From contig OX597818.1 in assembly GCA_951406725.2 (NCBI GenBank), forward strand, positions 111,228,001-111,292,000: 64,000 nt of DNA. Reading direction: 5' to 3'. This stretch comes from Octopus vulgaris (taxonomy: Eukaryota). The notes beneath the pieces were generated by a model. It had not been told where the DNA came from. It saw only the letters and a list, made by a program, of their open reading frames with translations, and did no database searches. Every line of letters starts with the position of its first letter. The stretch's first letter is position 1. Positions 51,283 to 64,000 of this stretch are shown in pieces. The translations under genes were made by a program, and so were the position numbers.

Positions 51283-52364
51283 TGTAATATATATATATAT
51301 ATATATAATTACTATATCTGACAGCTAATACTATTATTGGTGAACCAAGTAGGAAACTATTAAAACTCATATATAAAGATAAGACTGGAGTTAAAATGTA
51401 AGGAGAAAATTACTATTAAAATATGTCTGTCAATTCAATGAACTTTCAAAATTGTAAGCTCGTCCGTAATTTTAAAGTGTTAGAAATGATCCGATTATAA
51501 AAGGTGTGACTTTATGGATTATAGACTTTAGTAGTTAAGGGGAGTTAACGTGAAGGAATTAGTGACACTATAAAGTTAGGAGGTTATTCTGAGTGATACG
51601 TATTTGGAGAAAGTATAAAAACCACAAGAATCTTGTATGGATTAACTGGAATAAAAACGAATTAGGTGAAAATGTGAGAGATTAATGAATTATGGTTTTA
51701 ACAGAGCAAGAACTGTGAGGGAGTTCTGGCTCCATAATTACGAAGGCAAATTAGATTATGTAGGAGTGTTTGTGACAAGCTGTTATATAGCTACCTTTTA
51801 ATTTTTATATTTTCATCCTTTTACTTGTTTCACTCATTGGACAGTGGCCATACTGGAGCACCGCCTTGAAAGGTTTCCGTTGAACTGATCAAACCCTGGT
51901 TTTAGTTTTTAAAGACTGATACTTATTTTGTCGGTCATTTTTGCCGAGTTGCTAAGTTTCAGGGAGGTAAACCAGTTGGTGAGGGGGACAACGACAGGCA
52001 CAATGGCACAACACACACACACATGATGGGCTTTCACACAGCTTCCGTCTACCAAATTCACTTCGCTAGACATTGGTCACCTCGGGACTATAAACAGAAG
52101 ACAATTACCCAAGACGCTGTGCTGTGGGACTGAACCAAAAACCATGTGGTTGCCAAAAGAGTTGCCTAACCACACGGCTGCGCCTGCGCCAATGATTTAC
52201 ATAAAGTTTCCTCATTCCATTTCCAAACAACTTCCGCTCACTGTCTCTCCTCTGCTTAGCTTTCTGTCTTTCTGCTCTTTTTAAAAATTTTCCTGTCCTT
52301 CTAACGTGAATTAGCATTCCAATAAGATCTGAAGAATTTACCGCGGAATGAAACAGATTTGTAC

Positions 52365-52931
52365 ATGTGTGTGTGTTTGTGCGTGCGTGTGCGTGTGCGT
52401 GTGCGTGTGTGTGTGCGTGTGTGTGTGTGTGTGTCTGTTGTGTGTGTGTGTCTGTGGTGTGTGTGTCTGTGGTTGTGTGTGTGTCTGTGGTTGTGTGTGT
52501 GTCTGTGGTTGTGTGTGTGTCTGTGGTTGTGTGTGTGTCTGTGGTTGTGTGTGTCTGTGGTTGTGTGTGTCTGTGGTTGTGTGTGTCTGTGGTTGTGTGT
52601 GTCTGTGGCTGTGTGTGTCTGTGGCTGTGTGTGTCTGTGGCTGTGTGTGTCTGTGGCTGTGTGTGTCTGTGGTTGTGTGTGTCTGTGGTTGTGTGTGTCT
52701 GTGGTTGTGTGTGTCTGTGGTTGTGTGTGTCTGTGGTTGTGTGTGTCTGTGTTTGTGTGTGTGTGTTTGTGTGTGTGTGTTGTGTGTGTCTGTGTTTGTG
52801 TGTGTACGAGTGTGTGTGTGTGTACGAGTGTGTGTGTGTGTACGAGTGTGTGTGTGTGTACGAGTGTGTGTGTGTGTACGAGTGTGTGTGTGTGTACGAG
52901 TGTGTGTACGAGTGTGTGTGTGTGTGTGTGT
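52365..52931. repeat. (GT)n-derived minisatellite with 16-18 bp higher-order units
   Basis: Units GTCTGTGG(T/C)TGTGTGT(GT), then TACGAG(TG)n. Confidence 0.9.
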
Positions 52932-54472
52932 TAGTCAACGTGTATTATTCTTGTAATTTTACTTTTTCTCTGTGTCCACACACTCAAAGGCAAGCATTTA
53001 ATTTCTTTACGTTTCAGAGGATAAATTATCAAACAGGACCTTACATTTTGTAAGATGCTATGCGTGACTTAAGAGCCAGTTTCTTCCTGCTCCTTCTAAC
53101 AGTTGAAACGACCGCCGGGAAGGATCCTTCAAATTAACCTCGAAGACTGCAGCATTACTAAAGAGATGTGCTTTTACTTCGGTACCAAAACACAGTGCAA
53201 GCAATAAATCCCATTAAATACACTCTGCCTTTTCTTTAACCGCAGTTAGGATTCAATAGATAAAAACCAGAAATTTTTTGTCTTTTGTTTTGCTGAATTA
53301 TTAAAACTGCATTGCAAGTGAGAAACAGCAAGTGTTTCAATGAAAGACGTTGGTTACCAGTAATATAATGGAATCGATCAAAGCAGGAATACATTACAAG
53401 CATACAATACTATTGGCTTTGTGCCCTGCACGAGCGAAAATCAATATGTTACGATATGTGATCATCTAACAACCGCAATTTCTTTTGTAAATTATTTTTA
53501 GCCAACATTTTCTCGTATATTTCTGGACCAGACATGCAACTCTGAATAATAGATTTAATTAAGGGAAATAATATCGCTTGCCATTGATTAGGAACAAGGC
53601 CAATATTTTAAGGGGTGGCCTCCATACTAAATAATTAAAATAAATTTCAGATAGTCGATTTAACCGTCCGTAGGGTATTTCATTTAACTTATTTTCTCGA
53701 CACTGAAATGATAAATTGAAGTTAGCTCAACACTGAAATTTGAAAGAGGAAACTGAAATCTGTAAAATTTGGCAGAAAATGGCTGAAGCAACGTAAGAAT
53801 CCATAAAAGATTTAGCTCGGTGCCTTACCATCTATGTTACCAGATGACTTTACTGGTCCAACTTGTCATTGGTTGTAAAGGATTCAACAGACGACAAAAC
53901 TAACTGGTCTCTTTATAGAATAGAATTATATCTAAGTTTGAAACTGATTGGAAATAAGAATGTATCTAGGATTGACCGGAAAGCATCGTAGGCTGTGTGG
54001 TTAAGAATCTTTGCAGCCATGTAGATCTAGGTTCAATCCCACCATGTAGCATCTTGGGTAAATGTCTTCTAATATAGCCTTGTGAGTGGATTCAGTAGGC
54101 CTAAACTATGTGGAGGCCCGTTATATATATATTTGATAACTCCACTAGAATGGACGAAAGCGCTTATATATGTTATATGATGTATAAAAACATATCTGTA
54201 AATATCTGTAAATATAAAACCATCCGAATTTCTGAGTACCTCATTTCTTCTTATATAAAATACCTGTACATCATCTCCAAACCTTCTAATATATATATAT
54301 ATATCATAACATATAATTGCCAACCAAGTGTGGCGTCCTATACAGGACAGTGCTACTGACGTTTATAGCCCCAGGAAGACATTACTTCCCACTTGCTAAC
54401 GACATACATTCTGTGTCCGATTAGCAATTGCGAGAGGAGGTAATCGCTCCCGGCTCTAGCCTTAGGTGATAC

Positions 54473-54515
54473 ACACGGACTCGAGTTTCTGGGGGATTAC
54501 CCGTCCTCAGCGTGT
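54473..54515 (-). ncRNA. Minimal hammerhead motif with a GUC cleavage triplet
   Basis: Minus strand ACACG-CTGAGGA-CGGGTAATCCCCCA-GAA-ACTCGAGT-C-CGTGT; helix I is ACACG/CGTGT. Confidence 0.7.
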
Positions 54516-55310
54516 ATTAATCACCAGCTAGTGATGAAAACTCACCCCTCTCGTATAATACTTTATGCTTTTTCCAGCGACGAACTGTCACTGATCTCGA
54601 AAAAGGAGAAATAAGCTATAATAAATCTCTGAGCGAGATGTAAACAGTAGCAATACGGAATCGTAATATATAATTGCCAACCAATTATCTGATGATGGCG
54701 ATCTTTTGCTATGATTTAATCTAAGAATGCATCAATAAATTTCTGCCCAAACTATTGTTGTTAGTTCTGAATTCCTTCTTTCGTATGTGTATATATATAA
54801 TAACATGGGGTAAAATTAATTAATTAATTAATAATTTTACCAAGTAGTTAGTACGTTAAAAACTTTTTTAGGCAAGTTATACAAAATATTCTATAATTAT
54901 ATACGTTATTATAATCAGGGGTCAACTAAGTGCCTCACAACGTATTGAATTAGAAATAGACGCTAATGTCTTTTCATCTAATTCAGTACGTGGTGAGGCA
55001 CTTAATTGATCCCTGATTATAATTATGTTTATAATTATAGAATATATATATATATATATATTAAACAAACAGGTAAGCAAGCAATAAAATGTGGCTAATT
55101 CAACAATTATAGCGATATATTTCGCCATGTTGGACTGCTGAACTCTACAAGTTTTTTCATTCTCTCTCTATTTATATTCTCTTATTCCTTCCTGTTGAAG
55201 AGCTCAGGCTCGAAACGTAAAAGACTTTTATTTTTCCCGAACGTCAAGCTAATACACTTGCTTGTTGTTCATACATCTGTCTTCGTATTTTGTTTTTCTA
55301 TAAATTTCAA

Positions 55311-55373
<63 letters not shown>

Positions 55374-55394
55374 GTTGTGTGTGTGTGTAAATAA

Positions 55395-55690
55395 ATTAAG
55401 GGTGGATTATATAGAGATGACGGTCTTTTCAGTTACTATATGTCTAAGAAGGTTGGTCTTGAGAGGTCCCGGAAAAATAAAAACTTCAAACGTCTTAGTC
55501 TCTCTGTCTCCACAGATAATGATTATACTGTGGTTAACTTCCTTGATGTTACTCTGAATCTAAATACTGAACTGTGCCAATCATATCATAAGCCGAATGA
55601 ATGCTTAAAGTATGTAAATATAAATTCTAATCCTCCCAGAAGCATCATAAATTCTATAGTTAAAAAATATATCAACTCTTATTTAAGTAA
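55395..55690 (+). pseudogene. Penelope-like (Naiad-type) RT fragment
   Basis: GGLYRDDGL followed by VVNFLDVTLNL..YHKPN...YVNINSNPPRSII, a typical PLE RT catalytic and thumb region. Confidence 0.8.
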
Positions 55691-55762
55691 GTAATAGCAA
55701 GAATAATGATACGAATAAGATTAGTGGGAAACGAAGTAATGAAGGTAAACATAACTTTGTAG

Positions 55763-55814
<52 letters not shown>

Positions 55815-55848
55815 TCATAATAATAATAATAACAACAACAATAATAAT

Positions 55849-56428
55849 CTTTTCTATTATAGGCACAGAGTCTGAAATTTTGAGGGAAGGGGCCACTCGA
55901 TTAAATCGAACCCAGTACGCAACCGGTACTTAATTTATGTTCCCCTAAAGGATTAAAGGCAAAGTTGACCTCGGCGGAATTTGAACTCAGAAAATAGCGA
56001 CGGGCGAAATACCTATTTCTTTTCTACCCACAAGGGGCTAAACATAGAGAAGACAAACAAGGACAGACAAACGCATTAAGTCGATTACATCGACCCCAGT
56101 GCATAATTGGTATATATTTAATCGACCCCGAAAGGATGGAAAGCAAAGTCGACCTCGGCGGAATTTGAACTCAGAACGTAAAGACAGATGAAATACCTAT
56201 TTCTTTACTACCCATAAGGGGCTAAACACAGAGAGGACAAACAAGGACAGACAAACGGATTAAGTCGATTACATCGACCCCAGTGCGTAACTGGTACTTA
56301 ACTTATCGACCCCGAAAGGATGAAAGGCAAGGTCGACTTTGGCGGAATTTGAACTCAGAACGTAGCGACAGGCGAAATACGGCTAAGCATTTCGCCCGGC
56401 GTGCTAACGGTTCTGCCAGCTCGCCACC
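55849..56428 (-). mobile_element. Three-module copy of the 184-bp-module SINE, inserted in an (AAT)n tract
   Basis: gaatttgaactcagaa recurs at 55977, 56161 and 56345 (period 184). (AAT)n lies on both flanks. Confidence 0.85.
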
Positions 56429-56481
<53 letters not shown>

Positions 56482-57299
56482 CACAATGAGTTTATAGATA
56501 TGTAAAAAAAAATAATAAAAATTACAGCAGGAGAGTATTTAATGTTGATAATGTTGGTATTAAAAAAAAACGTATTTATAAATAACTTGTAGAATCCGTG
56601 TAAACTCCACACTATGGGAAAAAATTAGAGAATTTATTTAAGAAAGGGTGATTTACACTTTTATAGCTTTCTTTCAATATTCTTGGAGTTCGTCTACACT
56701 CCTTTCCTGACGTCTCAGTCGGTGTTGTCTTTTCCCTCTTTTTATTGTATCTTCTTGCTGTTCCTCTCTGATCCCTGCTCTATATCTGCACATCCTTTCT
56801 CGGGTACTTGCAACCGTGAATCCAGAATTTAGACTAAAATAACTCGTATAAACAAATACCAATTTTTAAAGGGAACAGACAATAAATGATTGCACTCATG
56901 CGATGGTCGCTATAAAAAAAACAACTTTTCAATATCAACACACCACCACCGCTATCTGCCCTCTCTCTCTCTCTTTCTCAATATAACTGCTTCCCCTGTC
57001 AATCTCTCTCGATCTACCTTTCCATTCAGCTAACTTTTTAACCACGTAACAAGTATTCATTCCCCACCCCACGCTGTTAACACTTCTCTCTCCCTTTTTC
57101 TCGTCGTCTTTTTCTCTCGTTCTTCGTATTTGCCTTCAGCTGACCACGTGACCACCTGACCTATGTGTATTAATTTTAATCACATCTCTCTACTACTTCC
57201 TCTCTTATTTCTTCACTTCCTCTCTTTCTCATTACCTCTCACTCACTCCATCTCTACCTCTTTAACTAACTAATGTATAACGGGCGAACGAACAAGCAA

Positions 57300-58200
57300 A
57301 TTATTATATAAAAAGAAAGACTAAATCAAGGAATATTATGAGGTATAATACATCATCCGCATCTTCCACAGCTACTTGGAAATTCCTTGCTGCACTGGAT
57401 AAGTCTTTCCTACCTCCAAGTAAGAATGGGAAATTATTTAATCGCCACAGAGTAAAATTTTCGTATTCAACCATTAGAAATTTGGCTGAAATTATAGCAG
57501 CACATAATAAAAGTAAAATTAGGCAATATCTGAACTCGAAATCTGTAAGTAGAACAAATTGCGTGAATTGTGGAATTAACCCTAATGATAATTTTCCTGA
57601 ACCAGATTTCGATATTTTAAGCATAAGTAATTCCACCTGTGGTAATACCTTTAAGGTAACGCCTCGTAATAATACTAATTATGATACTGATAATAATCCT
57701 GCCTTAACACCTAATCCTGAGAGGAGGATTGATACTAATTCCTTTAAAAATGAGTACCACATGCAAGTGAATGAATGCCTTTGTAATTTCAAAAACAAAA
57801 TTATCTGTCCTTTAGAAAATCCGCGTTTAAGGAAGAATATAGTGTATCAATGTAAGGTCATAACAAGGAATCGTACGTTTTATTATGATATAGGTTCGTC
57901 TGCTACAATTTGGAAATGTAGATGAATTAGATAACTGAGAATGATCATCTAGAGAACAAAATGCAATTCTACCAATCTTAGTAAATGCATCTGGGATTTA
58001 AAAGACTGGAACATTAACTGATTTAAAAGGATCCATCACTAGCTACGCACCATCGTACAATACGTGTAAATTTAGACGCGATCTTTACTTTGAAGAAATG
58101 TATTATATAATTACTCTTATATTAATATTATCGAATTGTAAAGTTAATTTTACATTGAAATGTACTCACAAACATAGAGAACCATTTAAATATTTCAATC
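57300..58200 (+). pseudogene. Penelope-like (Naiad-type) linker plus GIY-YIG fragment
   Basis: KFL..LDKSF...KLFNRHRVKFSYS..NL..II..HNK, Cys cluster CLCNFKNKIICPL, NIVYQCKV..YYDIGS, then TNLSKCIWDLK after frameshifts. Confidence 0.8.
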
Positions 58201-59500
58201 TCAGATAACTTATTACTTATAATTGCTTTTCATATAATCTAATATGCATAATCAAAAATTATTTAGGATATTTAATAGATAATTGTCGTAACGTACAATT
58301 TCTATCCTTCTAATTGTCGTGACATATAATTCATGTTTATTTTTTATTCTTTCGTTTTCTACCGATGTCATCAAAAGTTAAATACTAAATTGGCTTTTCT
58401 TAGAATAGCATATTTCTTCATAACGTTCCTTTTGTATGCGTTTGTCAATTAGAGATATTTTCTTAGTTCACATTGAATTTAACCAATTTTGGATTGCTTT
58501 AATAACGTGATGCTATATTTTCGGATATATTAATTTGACTGATATTTTATACTTTCTTCTCTATCTAAATATACTGGCGCAATAGAAATGATCGTCGGTA
58601 ATGTATGGAGCAATCACCAATTAAAGACGTGATTTTCTACATTTTTACTCGTGTCATATGCTCCAAATTCGTCGAAGCGATGTTTGCTTGTCATACATGA
58701 AGAGTTTCCTTGGATGTTAATTCTACTTGCATTTATTGGTGCTTGATTGTTGGACATAGTTTACCAAATTCATATAACATTGTGAGCTTTCTAGTTATCT
58801 GGATTTATTAATCCCTTTGCTTCTTATATATATATATATATATATATAAGCCTTCTTTTTTCTGTAGAGGGCTTATATGCCCCTTTATTAGACTATTTTC
58901 CTCAGTCATTGCACGGTGATCGCCATAAGCTTTAAGCTTATATAAAAATACCATTATTATTATTTACAGGATTGTACGTAAAACACGGCACCGTATAAAA
59001 AACCATTCGCACCGAAGACATTATATATATATATATAGGTATAAGTTAGAGGTGTTTAAAGCCTCTAAGGGATAGATATATCCAAAGGCACTCTTGGTAA
59101 ATACGGCAGCAGGTAATTTAGCGGTTAAACCGTACTCTTTTACTCTTTTACTTGTTTCAGTCATTTGAATGCGGCCATGATGGAGCACCGCCTTTAATCG
59201 AGCAACTTATTCTATCGGTCTCATTTGCCGAACCGCTAAGTAACGGGGACATAAACACACCAGCATCGGGGACAAACACAGACACACAACCATACACACA
59301 CACACACATATATATATATATACATATATACGACAGGCTTCTTTCAGTTTCCCTCTACCAAATCCACTCACAAGGCTTTGGTCGGCCCGAGGCTATAGTA
59401 GAAGACACTTGCCCAAGCTGCCATGCAGTGGGACTGAACCCGGAACCATATGGTTGGTAAACAAGCTACTTACCACACACCCACTCCTGCACCTAGTTTA

Positions 59501-59541
<41 letters not shown>

Positions 59542-60339
59542 TGTTACCGGTTTAAATGGTTACAATTTGGCAAAGTCATTAAATTATCAACAAAATTACC
59601 TTACAGAATATTTTTCTGCTTCAGATTCTACCGAGGTTACCTATGATGCATGTGACCGGGGACCACATATGAATTTGTATTCCCCCCCTGAAACTCCAAA
59701 TATGAACTTTTCACCTCAACAGCAAATAACAACTACGGTGTCCGCGCTTGCTCTCCTAGTGGGAAGCTCAACCAGACCTCCGAGTCTACAGTCTTCGACA
59801 GTGGAGCCGGGAGTGGGTACCCATTCTAGCCTCAACTGCAGTCGACCGTCGAATGTGGTCAGCATTTGTGAGCGACGTAGTGAACTCGTTGATCGGAACC
59901 GGCTCAGCCCATCCTGCGTGAAGTTATTAAACAGCTCAGCTTGCCTTTAATCATTTCAGATAGATTTTAAAATTGCAGTCTTGTGTTAATATTAGAGATA
60001 ATAATTATCAAACACACACACACACACACACAAGTATACACGCTTCAAACAGATGTTTAAATTACGATGTGTACATCATTAATAACACTCACATTTTGAC
60101 ACAAATGTGGAGCTGCACACGCTGTGGAATATTATATGGTGAAGTTCTTTGATATGAATTTGACTGCAGCCATGCTGGAGCACCGCCTCTAGTCGAACAA
60201 ACCAACCCCAGGACTTATTCTTTGTAAGCCTGGTACACTTATTCTAACGGTTCCTTTTGCCAAACCGCTAAGTTACAGGGATGTAAACACACCAAGCAAT
60301 GATTGTCAAGCGATGGTGGGGGACAAACACAGACACACA

Positions 60340-60371
<32 letters not shown>

Positions 60372-60522
60372 CGACGGGCTTCTTTCAGTTTCCGTCTACT
60401 AAATCCACTCAAAAGCTTTGGTCGGCCCTGGGCTATAGTAGAAGACACTTGCCACGAAGTGGGACTGAACCAGGAATCATGTGGTTGACAAGCAAGCTAC
60501 TTACCATACACCCATTCCTGCG

Positions 60523-60568
<46 letters not shown>

Positions 60569-61309
60569 TTTTGTTGGAGAGATTATTTACCCGCACGTAG
60601 TAATTTGTAGAAAAAATGAAATACAAAGAAGGAAAAGGTATATATTTATGATGTGATAAAATATTTAAATTGTCAACCGGTTTAGCTTTTGCTAATCATG
60701 ACTAAGAAATTATTGAAAATATTAGTAGCAGGAAAGTTGTTTCGTGAATGAATCAGTAGCTAAATACATCTAAGTGGAAGCAATTAGTGACTGTTACTAC
60801 TAGAAGTAGAGTAGGTTATTATTCCTTTTTGGGGGTAGGTGAATTAATATAAATTTATGCATTAATTTTCGTACGTTTGTTTTTCAATTTGATAATCGGG
60901 TCATTCAAAGTCGCGAAAAAATTTAACGCCATGAAGTTAGTCACTTAAATTCATTTTCGATCATTCAATTTCGCACTTGGGTCAAAGAATTTAGCATTTA
61001 CATCTTTCAAATTAAAATGCCCGTCGAGAGCATTCAAATTAGTCAGAATGCGAAGAAGCATCTTGTCGAGAATTCACATTGGAATAAGTTTATTCAATTT
61101 AGCACTCATTTTACATGTGTGTTTTTACTCACATTCTAAGAAGTGATTGTTAAAAATGACAAATTTAAACGAGATGTTTTGTCATGCAAATTTATATTAT
61201 GTTGTTATAGCTACAAAGAATAAATAAATTACGTGATTTTTCATTGCATCATTCGTAACCGGTCGATTTTATATCCCTTTCTCTGACACCAACTTATAAT
61301 GCGTAAGGT

Positions 61310-61535
61310 ACATGCGTAAGGTACATGCGTATATCGGACGAAGATTGTGCAAGGCTGTTTGACGCCATCAAGGGACATCAAACCAATTACCTGCAACTGG
61401 TTGACATACTTGGCATTAGAAGAAGCGCTGGCCGATCCATTGTAGCGACTTAGCTACGTTCTGGGAGGTGCCACAAGTTGCCAAGAGAAGGTGCCAATAA
61501 CGTTAAGGTTGATGAGCAAATGCGTGCCAGGATTT
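61310..61535 (+). pseudogene. N-terminal HTH remnant of an IS630/Tc1-like transposase
   Basis: Translates YISDEDCARLFDAIK...YLQLVDILGIRRSAGRSIVAT*LRSGRCHKLPREGANNVKVDEQMR, resembling an HTH plus PRGG-type linker. No catalytic part seen. Confidence 0.55.
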
Positions 61536-61786
61536 AGGTGATTATTGATGCCAATTTTTGGGGCCAGCTAGATTTGAACAGTCTCAAGTGTAACAGGCCG
61601 AAACAGTAAGGATGACGAGAGAAAACTGAATGACCTGTCTTTGTTTTTTCCTGTCCGTCTTTGTATCGTCTATCATAGATATAATAATAAGTTTATCGTA
61701 ACTTAATTTTTTTTCGATAAAGATAAATAAGTATTGTACGTGTTTATTTTCTTTTTACTTAACTGTATATCTACTTTGCACCACCC

Positions 61787-61836
<50 letters not shown>

Positions 61837-62117
61837 CTAGCAGTATCGCCCGGCGTTGCTCGGGTTTGTAAGGGAAATAACTACATAAGCATTTTTAGAG
61901 AGTTACTTCCCTTATATAATAGCAAAAAATGCATTAAAAATGGGAAAAAATGATGGTAATTTTTTTTTTAAATCGTAGACTCATAGTAGACGCGCGCTAA
62001 TACCCAGAAGGGCTCGATATGAATCACGACTATAAGATACCCGCTTTTGGTTAAACCGCAAAATGTGGGAGTAGTTAGGAATCTAAATCGTAGGAGACAG
62101 ACACGCACACAACTTCA

Positions 62118-62130
<13 letters not shown>
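61837..62130 (-). mobile_element. Non-autonomous Helitron, family 2
   Basis: ctagcagtatcgcccggcgttgctcggg is the reverse complement of the hairpin plus CTAG end. Interior is homologous to 18995-19291. Confidence 0.8.
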
Positions 62131-62187
<57 letters not shown>

Positions 62188-62485
62188 AAGGTGCGTGGCA
62201 AAGTGCCATATATATGCACACACACATACATGCGTATATATATATATATTCATAAATATTTGCATATGCATACACACACTCACATATAATGATATTTTTT
62301 ATAAGCTTAAAGCGATCACCGTGCAAATGACTAAGGAAGATAGTCTAATAAAGAGGCATATAAGCCCTCCACAGATTATTAGATTATTCGACTATTTTCC
62401 TTAGTCACTTGCACGGTGATCGCTATAAGCTTTAAGAAAAATACCATTATTATTATTAATAGAATTGTAAAACTCGACACCGCTG

Positions 62486-62537
<52 letters not shown>

Positions 62538-63502
62538 GAAAAATACAAACTGGGACAAGAACGTAAAACATTTAGAAGACGATACAAAAAACACGGACGG
62601 GACATTCGAAGCCTTCAATCTTCAGTCAAGAACCGGATCATCCTAGCAACCGCGGCCGATTAATCCTGAGATCGCTCCGATCCGGCCAGCCCCAAGGAAA
62701 AACTAAGCTACGAGCATTAGATTTCTTGGAAAAAGGATCGAATGTATACGAAGCAGGGACAGAAAAACGGACGATGCCACACGAATATAAAATACAAAAA
62801 GCAATAATAGTAAAAACAGGACAAAAACAGCGGGTGCCTTACGACTAATAGGCAGTACAACTTAGTTATGGATTCCGTGGAACAAGCTGCCAGACGAGAT
62901 GGTGAAGATGCCGACGACCGCTTTGTTCAAAGCCTCCCTGGACCTCAAGTGGCCTGAACTCTTTACATGAACACCACCCTGTACTTAACTCCATGTCCCC
63001 CTACATGGCCTTGCTATTTGCTTTTGAGCCAAATTAACTAACTAACTAACTAACATATATCCACAACCACGCTAATAGCTTGGGAGTGAAATTTAGGATT
63101 TCTCGGTTTTCTGTGAATCGAATTTGATTAAACTTTTCCCAGCTGATTTGCACACTATGACAACACCATTATTATACTTTCATTATTCTCTGTAACATCC
63201 TTTCTTTTTTTTTTTATCTCAGAATCTTCATGTTTTGGGTGAACCCATGTAGACATTTTTTTTTTTTCAGAAATTGTAGGGTAATGATACATATTAAACA
63301 CACATTGAGTGCATATTTAACAGAAAACCATAATAATATTATAATATCTATTGACATTATGAACTATTTAGCCAAATGAGCGTCAAGGAAGGAACGATCC
63401 GATGGTGGACCTCCAAGACTGTGACAGCTGGAGATTTAAGGAATATTGGTTGCAAGTTAAGAAGGGAACCTGGACAAACAAGCAAAGCCATTTTCACCGC
63501 CT

Positions 63503-63551
<49 letters not shown>

Positions 63552-64000
63552 TGAGAATGTGTGTGTGTGTGTGTGTGTGTGTCTGTCTGTCTGTGTTTCC
63601 CTAAAACTTGAGAACTACACAACCAATTCCATTCAAATTTTACACATGCCTTACTTAGGGTCCATGTAGTTTCATGGACAAAAAAAATGTTCAACTTCTT
63701 GCCTAGAGCGAGCCCATAGCAATATCATATCTTCTCCACTATTTCAGTATTACGTGTTAAAAGTGAAACAAAAACGTTTCTCTATTTTATGTCAGATGCT
63801 TTCACTTTATCAATAAAAATAATAATAACAATTGAATTGTATGTAGTAAGTAATAATTAAAATCAAACTAAAGTATAATATAATCGTAACATAACAAAAG
63901 TAAAAATAGCAATTGGTATAAAATTACATCAATGATTTGAACTTGAATAAGTGGTTTCACATGAATGGGAATAAATTAAAAATAAGATTAGCGTGCAGAA

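Overview
Eukaryotic, AT-rich and microsatellite-dense animal DNA. The SINE/LINE repertoire strongly suggests Octopus (coleoid cephalopod); this is inferred from recalled repeat families, not from a database search. Two convergent host genes are visible. On + are the last five coding exons of an NSFL1C/p47-type SEP-SHP-UBX cofactor of p97 (566-15291), whose last intron has U12 minor-spliceosome signals. On - is the last exon of a GT10 alpha-1,3-fucosyltransferase of the FucTA type (36627-36984). The rest is mostly mobile DNA: a 5'-truncated RTE-like LINE, several tRNA-derived SINE families, non-autonomous Helitrons, Tc1/mariner relics and MITEs, a CR1/L2-like RT fragment, and many Penelope-like (PLE) fragments forming fold-back inverted repeats. 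The most unusual observations are (1) a complete C4HC3 PHD finger inserted inside the RT domain of the RTE LINE, followed by a six-unit mosaic tandem array of its own 3' UTR, and (2) minimal hammerhead-ribozyme motifs from several PLE-like families, one with a variable (TA)n microsatellite as helix II. Most long ORFs in the track are microsatellite artefacts. Repeat boundaries were read by eye and are approximate.
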